Shown here in pieces: positions 13,205 through 25,935 of a stretch of DNA of 64,000 nucleotides; within the stretch, counting starts at the first letter, position 1; the number at the start of each line of letters is the position of its first letter. Source of the stretch: Octopus vulgaris (taxonomy: Eukaryota); the NCBI GenBank assembly GCA_951406725.2, contig OX597817.1, positions 73,470,001-73,534,000 of the forward strand, in the 5' to 3' direction. A program made the position numbers and the translations under genes. The notes below the pieces were generated by a model, which was not told where the DNA came from, searched no databases, and worked only from the letters and a program-made list of their open reading frames with translations.

Positions 13205-13973
13205 ATCCTTTCTATTATAGGCACAAGGGCTGAAATTTGGGGGAGGGGGATAGTCGATTACATCAACCCCAGTACTCAACTGGTACTTAATTTATCGATC
13301 CTGAAAGGATGAAAGGCATGGTCGATCTCGGTGGAATTTGAACTCAGAACATAGCAGCAGACGAAATACCTATTTCTTTACTACCCACAAGGGACTAAAC
13401 ACAGAGAGGACAAACAAGGACAGATAAATGGATTAAGTCGATTATATCGACCCCAGTGCGTAACTGGTACTTATTTAATCGACCCCGAAAAGGATGAAAG
13501 GCAAAGTCGACCTCGGCGGAATTTGAACTCAGAACGTAACAGCAGACGAAATACCTATTTCTTTACTACCCACAAGGGACTAAACACAGAGAGGACAAAC
13601 AAGGACAGATAAACGGATTAAGTCGATTATATCGACCCCAGTGAGTAACTGGTACTTATTTAATCGACCCCGAAAAGGATGAAAGGCAAAATCGACCTCG
13701 GCGGAATTTGAACTCAGAACGTAACAGCAGACGAAATACCTATTTCTTTACTACCCACAAGGGACTAAACACAGAGAGGACAAACAAGGACAGATAAACG
13801 GATTAAGTCGATTATATCGACCCCAGTGAGTAACTGATACTTAATTTATCGACTCCGAAAAGATGAAAAGCAAAATCGACCTCGGCGGAGTTTGAACTCA
13901 GAACGTAACGGCAGACGAAAAACGGCTACGCATTTCGCCCAGCATTCTAGCGTTTCTGCCAGCTCACCGCCTT
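13205..13973 (-). mobile_element. SINE family 2 tandem array (one head, 185-bp repeated units)
   Basis: The junction acgaaatacc|tatttctttactacccacaagg recurs at 13370, 13555 and 13740 (period 185). A single tRNA-like head ggcggtgagctggcagaaacg...gagttcaaa is at the right end. Confidence 0.9.
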
Positions 13974-13989
13974 GATAATGATAATGAAA

Positions 13990-14021
<32 letters not shown>

Positions 14022-14071
14022 GATAATAATAATAATAATAATTATTATTGTTATTATTATTATCATCATCA

Positions 14072-14144
<73 letters not shown>

Positions 14145-14172
14145 TGTTATTACTATTGTTGGTGTTGTTGTT
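13974..14172. repeat. (ATA/ATG)n abutting (ATT)n trinucleotide tracts
   Basis: Visible directly; the two tracts are mutually reverse-complementary. Confidence 0.9.
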
Positions 14173-14179
14173 ATTTATT

Positions 14180-14368
14180 AGGCAGTGAGCTAGTACAATT
14201 GTTAGCATACCAGGTAAAATGCTTAGCAGCATTTCGTCCAGCTTTTCGTTTTGAGTTCAAATTCCGCCGAGGTCGACTTTGCCTTTCATCCTTTCGGGGT
14301 TGATAAAACAAGGAGCAGTTCAGTACCCTCTCCCCCGAAATCCCTGGCCTTGTGCCAAAATTTGAAAT
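14180..14368 (+). mobile_element. SINE family 2
   Basis: ggcagtgagctag...gagttcaaattccgccgaggtcgactttgcctttcatcctttcgggg...ggccttgtgcc. A further head-only copy lies at 14387-14445. Confidence 0.8.
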
Positions 14369-15601
14369 TAATATTTGTTTAAGCTAAGGCGGCGAGCGGG
14401 CAGAATCGTTAGCACGCCGGGCAAAATGCTTAGCGGTTTTTCCTCGGATACGGTGAAAACGTCATCAGCAGGACGTTGGATAATCGACAAGATGAAAGTC
14501 CTAGACCAACAGTTTGAAGGTTGCTGCGACCAAGAGGAAGATCTGTACCATTAGACAATAGTTAGGCGTCAACTAGCAAATGATCTGCTACTCCAGCAAT
14601 AGACCACATACCTTCACCGACAGAAAAAGTACAGTAACAAAAAGAGAGAAGGGAGATTGAAACAAAGAATAATAAGTATAAAAGACAGAGTAGGCATATA
14701 AACTTCAACTAAGACTAACTTCTTGGCAGCACAGACTGGCTAGGCTTTTCTAAGAGGAGAAAAATCGTTTTGTAGCTGAGACTACAAAGTAAAGACACAG
14801 AACAACGAGCTGTCTCAACCAAACAAGATGTGTCTTGGAGAAAAAATACTAAGAGCAATCCAGTAGACTGAGACTGCTCTCAGGAGCACAGCATAACCAT
14901 TTGTAACTGAGATCCAAAAGGAAAATGAAGGAAGATGAGAAAATCGAGTACATATCCAATAAACCCGCTTTCCAAGTGCATCAGAACCAAACCGAACATT
15001 GAATTCAAAACCACATGAGAAGTGCCACTGTAACAGTAGCAAAGGAATACAACGGTAGAACGGCCATTTAGAGAAGAAAATGGGATTATCAACGACTGAC
15101 GAAGAACGCCTGAGATAATCGGTTTCAGGACCACACCGCACTCTCAGTACAAATACATGTTGCAAGGAATCTAATTGCTTCTATCTGTCCACATCGCAAA
15201 GCTTTCGACGGACGACTCGATCCTGTCTGCTTGCCTGCCTGCTTGCCTGTCTGCCTAACTGCCTGCCAGTCTGTTTGTCTGTCTGTCTTTCTGTCTTTCT
15301 GTCTGTCTACACACCCACACACACGCACACACACACACACACACACACATACACACACAGAGAAACATACTCCAAAATAATATATATACATGTTATATAA
15401 ACAATGAATAACTGCGAGGAAATGAGTGTTTCTCTTCGTGTATACAATAATAAGATAAATGGATGAACGCATGTTGCACATTCAAACAGAAGAAAAATAT
15501 GAGGCGTAGAGTGATATAAATGTTAAATGAAGCAAAAAATCTTCCATTTGTATGATTCAGAGTTTTTGTATTTTGGCACCTCAATCATTATTGGTAAAAG
15601 G

Positions 15602-15728
<127 letters not shown>

Positions 15729-15791
15729 GAGGCCTATTCGGCTCTATATTACTTAGTTTCATAAACACAGATTGTGTCAACGTTTTCAAGT

Positions 15792-15840
<49 letters not shown>

Positions 15841-15861
15841 GTGTTTGTTTCTTTGTTTGTT

Positions 15862-15923
<62 letters not shown>

Positions 15924-16057
15924 TGTGCGCGTGTAATGGAAGGTGATTCCGCCAGTAATGCAAAAATAATGCCTTAAACACGTGTTTACAACTGTCGTCA
16001 TATCGTCAGACGTATTGTAATTTTCTTAAAAGTTACGTCAGTTTTGATGAATCCTTG

Positions 16058-16246
16058 ATTCTTTTATTTTTTTCAGTCATTTGACTGCGCCCATGCTGGA
16101 GCAGTGCCTTTAGTGGAACAAATCGACCCTAGGGCTTATTCTTTGTAAGTCTAGTACATATTGTATCAGTCTCTTTTGCCGAACCGCTAAGTTACGGGGA
16201 CGTAAACACACCAGCATCGGTTTTCAAGCAATGGTGGGTGCACAAA

Positions 16247-16298
<52 letters not shown>

Positions 16299-16420
16299 CG
16301 ACAGGCTTCTTTCAGTTTCCGTCTACTAAGTCCACTCACAAGGTTTTTGTCGGCCCGAGACTATATTAGAAGACACTTGCCCAAGGTGTCACACAGTGGG
16401 ACTGAACCCGGAACCATGTT
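16058..16420 (-). mobile_element. SINE family 1
   Basis: Reverse complement of the family-1 tail, (CA)n(TA)n core and body. A short plus-strand tail fragment follows at 16425-16480. Confidence 0.85.
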
Positions 16421-16574
16421 TTCTTGACTAAAAGGTGGTGCTCCAGCATGGCCACAGTGACTGAAACAAGTAAAAGAATATATATATATACATGCATATA
16501 TATGTCTGTCTGTCTGTCAGTCTGTCTGCCTGTCTCTGTATGTATGTATGTATGTATGTATGTATGTATGTATG

Positions 16575-16631
<57 letters not shown>

Positions 16632-17239
16632 CTATCTAAATATATGTATGTAATTACACATGTATATGAATATTTACATGTATCTATGTATATAGATTCA
16701 ACGAAATTCTCTTTCATAATTCAAATAAAATTTTGAAACTTCAAATGCTAAATGAAGCACCTACTTACAAAACCTCAATAGCAACTAACAAGTGATTATT
16801 ACTGCACCGGTTGACCTCCTGCAGTGATTATATTTGTACCGGGTGACAGCATCCAGATTCGACTTTCACACGTCACGGCAGTAAAGAAAAGAAAGCAGTA
16901 AAGAACGTTCTCACTTACTCATACCGTAATGCCACACACGCACACACACACACACATGAATACACACACACACACACATGAACTTACACACACACACACA
17001 CACATGAACACACACACACACACACATCTATTTACTTCTGATATATATATTTTGAGACCCATGCAGGTAATTTGCAGTACTCTTGTGTAATGACCCATCG
17101 TAAATACCCAGATGCATTTTCACGATGATGGTGATGATTATGATGATGATGATGATAATGGTCATTATTGTCATCGTTTTCTTTTTTATTTCTCCTTCCC
17201 ACCTTTTTCCACCGCTTTTGCCTGCTTCTCCTACGACTA

Positions 17240-17900
17240 TCTACCTCCACCACCGCCTCTACCACCGCTTCTACCACCGCCTCTACCCCCGCCTCCACCC
17301 CCGCCTCTACCACCGCCTCTACCACCACCACCGCCTCCACCAGCACCACCATCAGCGCCATCAACTGCGCCACCACAAGCACCACTAGCACCACCAGCGT
17401 CACCACCAGTGCCGCCACCACCACCACCACCACCTCCACCACCGCCTCTACCACCAGCACCACCAGTACCACCGTCACCACCACCGCCTCCACCAGCACC
17501 ACCATCAGCGCCAGTATCACCACCAACGCCACCACTAGCACCACCACCAGCGTCACCACCTTTGCCGCCACCACAAGCACCACCACCTCCACCACCAGCA
17601 CCACCGTCAGCGCCATCACCAGCGCCACCACCAGCACCACTACCAACGCCACCACATGCACCACCAGTGCTACCGTTACCACCACCACCTCCACCATACC
17701 ACCACCGCCACCGATTCTATCACCACGACCATTAAACTTATCACCGCAACTGCTGCTGCTAACATCATCATCATCATCATCGTCATCATCGTCGTCGTCC
17801 CGATTCTATCACCACGACCATTAAACTTATCACCGCCACTGCTGCTGCTATCATCATCATCATCATCGTCGTGGTCGTCGTTACCGTCATCATCACGCCA
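17240..17900. repeat. degenerate (CCA/CCG/CAG)n trinucleotide tract with internal duplications
   Basis: Open in several frames on both strands (poly-P, poly-T, poly-H, poly-V). cgattctatcaccacgaccattaaacttatcaccgc is duplicated at 17712 and 17801. Confidence 0.85.
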
Positions 17901-18154
17901 ATAAGGGGTCTTCAACGTTCGATCTGCTATACATAGCCGGCAAATCTATTTCAAATCCCAGCTCGATATCTTAATCTAGGAAAGGACTCATTCGATAATG
18001 CAATCATAGTTATACTTTCCCAGAGCAGATGAAACAGTCTTGATTATAATAACAATGATCATAAAACAGTTCTATATTTAAGAGATGAGGAATTATGTAC
18101 ATTATTTACATTATTTACATTCGACGGGTATTTGTCCTCAAATTGTTTGTTGTT

Positions 18155-18200
18155 AACACAAGGTTTCGGCTGTTATATTCTCCAGCCCTCTTCAGGTGTT
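18155..18200 (-). ncRNA. minimal type I hammerhead ribozyme motif (Penelope-type), probably inactivated
   Basis: Minus strand: AACAC-CUGAAGA-G-GGCUG-(10 nt)-CAGCC-GAAA-CC-UU-GUGUU. Stems I and II pair perfectly; the expected palindromic ACGU of stem III reads ACCU. Confidence 0.7.
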
Positions 18201-18320
18201 TTGGGGAATGATCATAAAACTTTTTCACTCTGCACTGGCCCAGAGATAAGTAACAACAACAACAACAACAGCAAACAAAGCAGGAATAGCATCAATATTA
18301 ACAACAACAGCAAGAACATT

Positions 18321-18711
18321 GGATGGACGCACTCCGTCGGTTACGACGATGAGGGTTCCGGTTGATCCGAATCAACGGAACAGCCTGCTCGTGAAATTAA
18401 CGTGTAAGTGGCTGAGCACTCCACAGACACGTGCACCCTTAACGTAGTTCTCGGGGATATTCAGCGTGACACAGAGAGTGACAAGGCCGGCCCCTTGAAA
18501 TACAGGTACAACAGAAACAGGAAGTAAGAGTGAGAGAAAGTTGTGGTGAAAGAGTACAGCAGGGATCACTACCATCCCCTGCCGGAGCCTCGTGGAGCTT
18601 TTAGGTGTTTTCGCTCAATAAACACTCACAACGCCCGGTTTGGGAATCGAAACCGCGATCCTATGACCGCGAGTCCGCTGCCCTAACCACTGGGCCATTG
18701 CGCCTCCACTA
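18321..18711 (-). mobile_element. full-length tRNA-derived SINE, family 3
   Basis: Minus head ggaggcgcaaTGGCCCAGTGGttagggcag...GGTTTCGATTCCc (A and B boxes). 12-bp TSD agcaagaacatt at 18309-18320 and 18712-18723. Confidence 0.9.
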
Positions 18712-18747
18712 AGCAAGAACATTAACAACAACATCAATGATAATAAT

Positions 18748-18960
18748 CGTTTCTAATTTTAGTATAAAACCGGAAATTTTGAGGGGCGAAGAAAGAAATC
18801 GGTTACATCGACCCAAGTGCTCAACTGCTACTTATTTTATCGATCTCGAAAGAATGAATGGTCAATTCGACTGCGGTAGAACTCAGAACGCAAAGAGTCA
18901 GAAGAAATGCCGCTAGGTATTTTGTCCGGCGTAGTAACAATATTGCCACGTCGCCACCTT
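18748..18960 (-). mobile_element. SINE family 2, diverged
   Basis: tcggttacatcgacccaagtgctcaactg...gaactcagaacg...gtcgccacctt. Confidence 0.7.
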
Positions 18961-19135
18961 AACAACAACAGCGGCGGTGTTGGTGGCGGTGGCGATGTTG
19001 GCGGCGACGTTAGTGGCGTGGGAATCGGTGATGGAGGCGGGCGCGGCGCAGCGACGGCGGTGGCAGCAGCGGCGGCTAGGTCATCGGTGACGACAGCGGC
19101 TAGGCTGTCGGCGACAACGACGACGACGACAATAA

Positions 19136-19551
19136 TATTCTTTTCCACTCTAGGTACAAGGTCCGAAATTTTGGAGGAGGGACCCAGGCAATTAGATCGA
19201 TCCCAGTATGCAACTGGCACTTAATTCATTGACCCCGAAAAGGATGAAAGGCAAAGTCGACATCAGGGGAATTTGAACTCAGACCGTGAAAACAAACGAA
19301 ATACCTATTTCTTTACTACCCACAAGGTAGTACCCACAAGGGGTTAAACACAGAGGGGACAAACAAGGACAGAGAAACGGATTAAGTCGATTACATCGAC
19401 TCCAGTGCGTAACTGGTACTTAATTTATCGACCTCGAAAGGATGAAAAGCAAAGTCGACCTCGGCGGAATTTGAACTCAGAACGTAACGGCAGACGAAAT
19501 ACTGTTAAGCATTTCGCCCGGCGTGCTAACGTTTCTGTCAGCTCGCCGCTT
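19136..19551 (-). mobile_element. SINE family 2 dimer
   Basis: Two bodies joined at acgaaatacc|tatttctttactacc (19305|19306), with one head at 19500-19551. Confidence 0.88.
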
Positions 19552-19899
19552 TAATGACGACAATAATATTGTTTATTACCTATAAAAGGTACAGAAAAAT
19601 ACAAAGAAACGTTAAGAAAGGGGCTTACAACGAAGATTGCTAGGAGGGGCAGTTTATATAAAGAAAGCGTGAGAAACATTATTCAATATGTAATTTGGCG
19701 AATTAAAAATTGATAGAACAGAATGTACTCGGAAACAAAATAAACATGATAAAACAAGTACTAAAGAACGATCTCCTCGACTAAACATGAGGTACCCCAG
19801 CGTGGCCGCAGTCCAATGACTGAAATAATTGAAAAAGAATATGATTGATAAAACATGCTTTAATTTTTTAACGAACGTTTTACTTGGACATACTTTTGT

Positions 19900-20070
19900 T
19901 TAAGTGGGCAGTCGTTTTGTTTTTATTTGATTACCAGTGCATTACGAAGGGAGAAAAGCTGAGAGTTAGTGGACTAGGAAGGAGAAGATTGAGAGAAAAG
20001 ACAGAGAGAAAAGGAGAAAAAGAAAGAAAGATGCAGAAAAATATATGAAGAAAGAGACAGATAGATAGAC
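19900..20070 (+). repeat. local segmental duplicate, copy 1
   Basis: ttaagtgggcagtcgttttg...gagagaaaaggagaaaaagaaagaaag is nearly identical to 23784-24000. Confidence 0.85.
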
Positions 20071-20097
20071 ACAGAGATAGAGAGAAAGAGAGAATAT

Positions 20098-20249
<152 letters not shown>

Positions 20250-21606
20250 CAGATAAAACCGATTTGAAAATACTGTACTTGGCTGCGAGGGTTTGCTGCT
20301 GGTACATTCATTTCAGATTGTATCAAACTCTGCTCGACTAAATCTATGAAACAAAAGACGTGTCTAGATGACCCCATCCATGTCATTTTCAATATATTGG
20401 GGACATTTTCCAATGTATCTTTCCCTCCAATGTACGAAGATATCCTCAACTCTGACCTTAAGTATAAAAATAGATCTCCGTCAGAATTTCTGACTATTAG
20501 TTTTCAGTTGTTTGATCAGCAGGGTCATGAAACTCATTCAATAAGAAACTGGCTGTGTATTCCAAGGATGAGTGTACCCTTAACTTAATTTTCCTGTAGA
20601 ATCAAGTGAATAACCTTATCACTAAGCCACGCGCCTTCACATATCTAACTCAAACGTTCTCCATGAAATTAAGGAAAAAAGGGACCCCACGATTTTTGCA
20701 CAGTGCAATCTAGCCAATTCTGAGTGATAAAGACAAAACAATCGACCCCACTGCTTGATTAGTATTTATTTACTGATCCTGGATGTATGAAAGACAAAAC
20801 TGATCCATGCAGGATTTAAAGTCAAAACATAAAGAGACGTAACTATATTTTACAATACATTTTGTCCAGCGCTCTAACGATTCTGTGTCAACTAGCGGCC
20901 TTAATCGATTGCACTTCAACTAATTGTCTTGATCTAAATCTTAAAAGTAATCAACTTATTTATATCTAATTTAAGATAGAGTGTTATATTTAACTTAAGA
21001 TCCAATATTTAATGAACGACTTTTTAAGGTTATAACTTTGTAGCTAAAGTGGATATAGTTGATTGGATTGGTCCTTTGTAAATGAAGAGCAAAGTTGATC
21101 CCAATTGCATTTGAACCCGTAAATACAGTTAGGCATGTGGCCCGACGTTCCACCGTTTCAGTTTTCCCACCATTTTAATCCATGATATTTATTATATACA
21201 CTATATGAAACTAGTTGATTTAATGATTTCTTTAAGAGTGAAATATGAGATTTTAAGTAAAGAAAAATGGCTGCTCTGACGTTGATACTTTTCCCAATAC
21301 GAAAGAGAAATTGAATCAACTTCTTATTATAAACAGCTACGCTACAATTGCAGAGAATTATAAGGGTGTACCTGCTTGAGTCAATGTTAGAGTTTTTACA
21401 TGAACTCTAGCTTGATAAAAATAGCCGCTAAATCTCCCACGAAACACACCATATCGACTTAAAAGAGACGAATATAACAATTACACACACACTGGCTGTA
21501 TTTTTTTCTGAAAATAAAATAAATAAAAAGATACTCTAAAATTTTATTTTTATTTTATTCACTATTGCAGTGTGCAGGATGTTTTTGTATTATATATGCA
21601 TTATAA

Positions 21607-21838
21607 AGGCGGCGAGCTGGCATAATCTTTAGCGCGTTTGACAAAATGCTTAGAGGTATTTCTTCCGGCTTTACGTTCTGAGTTCAAATTCCACTGAGTT
21701 CGACTTTGTCTTTTATCCTTTCGGGATCGATAAAATACGTAGCTGTCAAGTACTGGGAGGTGGAGGAGGGATCAATGTAGTCAACTTACTCACTCTCCTA
21801 AATTTTCTGCCTTTGAGCCTATAGCAGAAAGAATTATT
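21607..21838 (+). mobile_element. SINE family 2
   Basis: Head aggcggcgagctggcataatc...ctgagttcaaattcc, then family-2 body. Confidence 0.8.
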
Positions 21839-21869
21839 TGTATAAGTATTGTATATGTAATAATTAAGA

Positions 21870-22090
21870 AAACCCCTTTGGTCATGAATGACCATGGGAT
21901 TGCACCGAGAAAGTTTCCCTCCGAAGCACAAGTTCGGGTAAGGTTGTTTATGGAAGACCAGCAGTCGACCATGCATACCAGCCTCCCCACTCCACGCCAC
22001 CAATGTTATCCAAAGGAAAGGCAAAGGCCGATACAGTTCGGCACCAGTGACGTCGCAACTCATTTCTATAGAGGAGTAAACTGGAGCAAC
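21870..22090 (-). mobile_element. SINE 3' part with a different tail
   Basis: The right end (ctcatttctatagaggagtaaactggagcaac) resembles the SINE core at 48580-48620; the tail carries a ggtca-tgaa-tgacc hairpin. Confidence 0.55.
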
Positions 22091-23319
22091 ATATCATATA
22101 TTATGCACTTTACTATGTTTTGAGGAAAAATTGCTTTGCATGAAACCTGCTCATGGTGAAGAAAGTTTGGGGACCGCTGTCATATAGAGCTTTTTCCGTT
22201 GTTGTAATTAAACCTCAAATAACACAGTTCCTCTGATGTCTTGAAAGTGGGAGACGACTCTACTTAATTTTATGTTGGAAATCTTAAGAAAACATTACTT
22301 CACTAGAAAGACAGGAATGGTCACGACTAGAAAGGTCGATCAAATAATGAGTTTGTTTGGTTACTGACTTCCGTGTCATATGAGTGCACTTGAAAAGTTG
22401 ACTGAGACTAGACGACAACAACAAAAGTAACAGCAACGACAATAGCAGCAGCAACAGCAACATCAGTAGCAACAACAATTTCAAGAATAACAACAATAAA
22501 AACAACAGCAACAGTGTCAGTTGCATTAATACTATTATTAGTGATAGCAACAATCAACAACGACTATAGCAACGCCATAACTACCACCACAACAATTACG
22601 ATAGATACTATCACCATCATCAGCAAGAACAACGTCTAAGACCAAGTGACGGAGCCTCTACGTGGTAGTTTGACCTGCTAAAAGTAGAAGTCACAATTCT
22701 CTCAAATCATACCCCTAAAACGTTGTATCGGTCAATGTGTGGAATGCTTTCGATCAGGCGGTTGGCAGATCAGGGCGACTGACATCGGGCTAACCAACAT
22801 GCCTTTATGTAACCGCCGCGCTAGGGATAGCTAGATCTTTCATTCATTCATTATAAGCTGCTAGTTTACTTATTAAATAAATCTGTATGAATATGCCAAT
22901 ACCGTCATCAGACAAGAGAAAACAGTGATTGGTAGTGGCAGGTTACCAATTTTTCATGGAATCACGATTCTGAAGGAATCTATCCTGTTTAGGGCAAAGG
23001 ACTAGGGACTCAGGTAATGAATTGCCGTATTTTTATGAGTCGTCCCAGTCCTTTCATACCATTTTGTTATGCTGGCAAGTACATCATGAATACAATATAT
23101 AAATAGGTAAGCCTGTGACCCATACAACTTTGCAGTCAGTCACGCTGCAAACCATTCGATGAAGCCAACAAGGTAGCCTCTTTGTTGTCAGTCGATCTGT
23201 TAGAAATAGTACCGAAATCCATTTCAAGTTATCTACTCTAAAATTATTATAAAGTGAACTAAAACGAACACATTAGTCCAAGATAAAATGTGACAGTACA
23301 AAAACGGGGTGGTTATAGT

Positions 23320-23772
23320 TTCTTCTTGTCTTCTTATCTTAAGACAGCATTCACCCGGGGTGGGTTGAGCTGGCTTCATTCATCCTCAATGCCGCATCTC
23401 TCACAAACGCCGACCAGGCCTGGCGATTTGAGGCTAACGACCGCGTGATCTCCAACCACTCCTTATTCCAGCGGCGAACGCCGTAGACATGGAGGCCTAG
23501 GTTGGGCTCCAGATCAGCCTTGACTGTCATCAGCCAGGTTTTTCGTTGTCCACCACATCACTTTCGCCAACCCTGAAGGGGAGCTGGGGCTATTTCTTCG
23601 TAGATGAATTCTCCTGGTTGACGACGTAGGGCATGACCCAGCCAACGCAGACGTCTCGTTAGGATGACTTGTCGGAGGGAGGTGATTTTGCACTGGTGTT
23701 GCACCGAATTGTTGGAGACAAAGTGATGCCATCGGACACGAAGGATGCGGCGTAGACAGAGGTGATCGAAGG
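23320..23772 (-). mobile_element. 5'-truncated RTE-clade LINE (ORF C-terminus and tail)
   Basis: Manual minus-strand translation across frameshifts: FDHLCLRRILRVRWHHFVSN...RRLRWLGHALRR...GGQRKTW...ASNRQAWSAFVRDA, followed by a short-repeat tail (agataagaagacaagaaga). Confidence 0.85.
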
Positions 23773-23783
23773 ATTCTAGTCGC

Positions 23784-24000
23784 TTAAGTTGGCAGTCGTT
23801 TTGTTTTTATCTGATTACCAGTGCATTATGAAGGGAGAAAACTGAGAGTCAGTGGACTAGGAAGGAGAAGATTGAGAGAAAAGACAGAGAGAAAAGGAGA
23901 AAAAGAAAGAAAGAGAGATGGAGAAAAATAAAGGAAGAGAGGGGAGAAAAAGAAAGAGCGATACAGAAAAATAAATGAAGAAAGAAAGAGACAGATAGAG
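23784..24000 (+). repeat. local segmental duplicate, copy 2
   Basis: See 19900-20070. Confidence 0.85.
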
Positions 24001-25381
24001 AAATAGAGAGATAGAGAGAGAGAGAGAAAGAGAGAGAGATTCCTCAAACATTCCTCATGTGGTCATAGCTAGAATGCCTTTGACCGTAAGTCGATCAGAT
24101 CTGACCCGGTTCTAAATAACAATAACAATAACCACTAGTGCATGTAGGTGTGTTCAGTATTGTCTAGTTAGGGGTATAGTATATGCTTAGAGTCTCGGTA
24201 AAAAAAATAGCGAAAGACGAACAAGAGTAAAAAGTATATAATTATGCTTTGAGGAATGAAAACAGAGAATTCAACGTTTTGGATAATGGTACTTCATCAA
24301 GTAACATATTCTAACTTGGCGTTGGAAATGTGATATATGTTAAATAATGGCTCTAAAGATTCATTCATAGATACTCGACCGAATGTCGATGTAATGTTGG
24401 TCTGCTCAGATAGACCTAATCTTGGGTAAAACAATGATAATAGCAATAACACATCAGTTTATGACGGCCTCCAAGTAGTCAAAAGCAGAGTTTCACTTGC
24501 TTTAGTTATATTATTTAAAAAAAACTCAATTAAGGTAATTCGATATCAAACTAGGACAACGAATCAAACATTTAATGTCCTCTACAGCAAACCAATTTTT
24601 GGAGATGATTGAAGAAATACTTTACACTGAAGAGAGCCGATGATCTAAAACCTGGTCGGAAAACGAGTCGGTGAGGTAACCGCCATCTAGTTCAGGTGCT
24701 TACTAATCACAGTGAACATATATATGTATTTTCACGACGGGCTTCCACACAGTTTCTGTCTATCAAATTCACTCACAAGGCTATAGTAGAGGATAAGGTG
24801 CCGGGCACATGATTGCAAAGCGAGCTTTTTAACCACACAATCATGCTTATGATTGAAGGCGTTTCATGACGTATTTTACCTATTTTTTCAGGCAGACTGT
24901 TTCTAAAACTGTATTATTCAATGTTTTATTATCTAATTGTTTTCTTTTCAGTAAAGATTCACTGGACCTACATCAATACGTGACTGACATTATATACTAA
25001 ATACACACTTACAAAAGGCATGCATACTATAAGCACATGCATATTAGATTTCCTTTTTATGTGGGTTTAGATTCAGTGAGAAGAGTATTTTTGCACAATG
25101 TCAACAAACAAAAGACAATGAGAACTAGACGAAGGCTCTTCTTTCGTGTGAATAATTCTTACACGTTACTTTGTTCAGAGTTATGAAAATAAAAAAATGG
25201 GGGAAAAGAAAAGAAAAAAAGAGAAACATACGGGAGGCGCTCTTTTGATGAAGACGAACGTAACAGAAAGGAAAAAATTATGTCATTTGAACGAAAGTTA
25301 GTAAAAAAAGCATTCCTGAAATTGTTGTTGCGTATTGTTAAATCTTTTCATTTTGATTCATTCTTTATGATTTAATTTCTC

Positions 25382-25500
<119 letters not shown>

Positions 25501-25812
25501 CATATATACATATATACATATATATACATATATATATATACACATACACACACACACATATGCATACATATCAATGTATGTATGTATGTACACGCACACA
25601 CATTATCTATATATATATACATACGAGTATGTGAGCAAACGAAAGAAAGTAGCACTCAACACATTTTGTGAGAGTTATTACATTTTTAATAACTGATTAA
25701 GGTCTGCATGACTTAAATTTTCGTGTGAGCGGTGGACACGTCCATCTCAACAGATGCTAAGGAGGCCTAGCTGAGTCTCTCTCTCTCACACACACACACA
25801 CATCTATATATA

Positions 25813-25935
25813 TATTTCTTTATTGCCCACAAGGGGCTAAACATAGAGGGGACAAACAAGGACATACAAACGGATTAAGTCGATTACGTCGACCCTAGTG
25901 CGTAACTGGTACTTAATTTATCGACCTCGATAAAT
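25813..25935 (-). mobile_element. SINE family 2 3' fragment with tail A
   Basis: Minus strand ...tgtccttgtttgtcccctctatgtttagccccttgtgggcaataaagaaata, flanked by TA-rich sequence. Confidence 0.8.

Noticed and set aside
13371-13925. Regular repeats as a CRISPR array
   Set aside because: The 185-bp units are near-identical along their whole length with no unique spacers; they are SINE-derived and the DNA is eukaryotic.
14450-15170. A-rich, coding-looking stretch
   Set aside because: Probably a decayed retroelement, but no motif could be recovered. The same holds for 1-650 and 59870-60190.
17032-17915. Proline-rich (formin/extensin-like) and threonine-rich (mucin-like) ORFs
   Set aside because: A degenerate CCA tract is stop-free in several frames on both strands; there is no non-repetitive domain or splice support.
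18630-18709. tRNA gene
   Set aside because: A and B boxes are present but run directly into a SINE body bounded by a TSD. The other tRNA-like heads are likewise SINEs.
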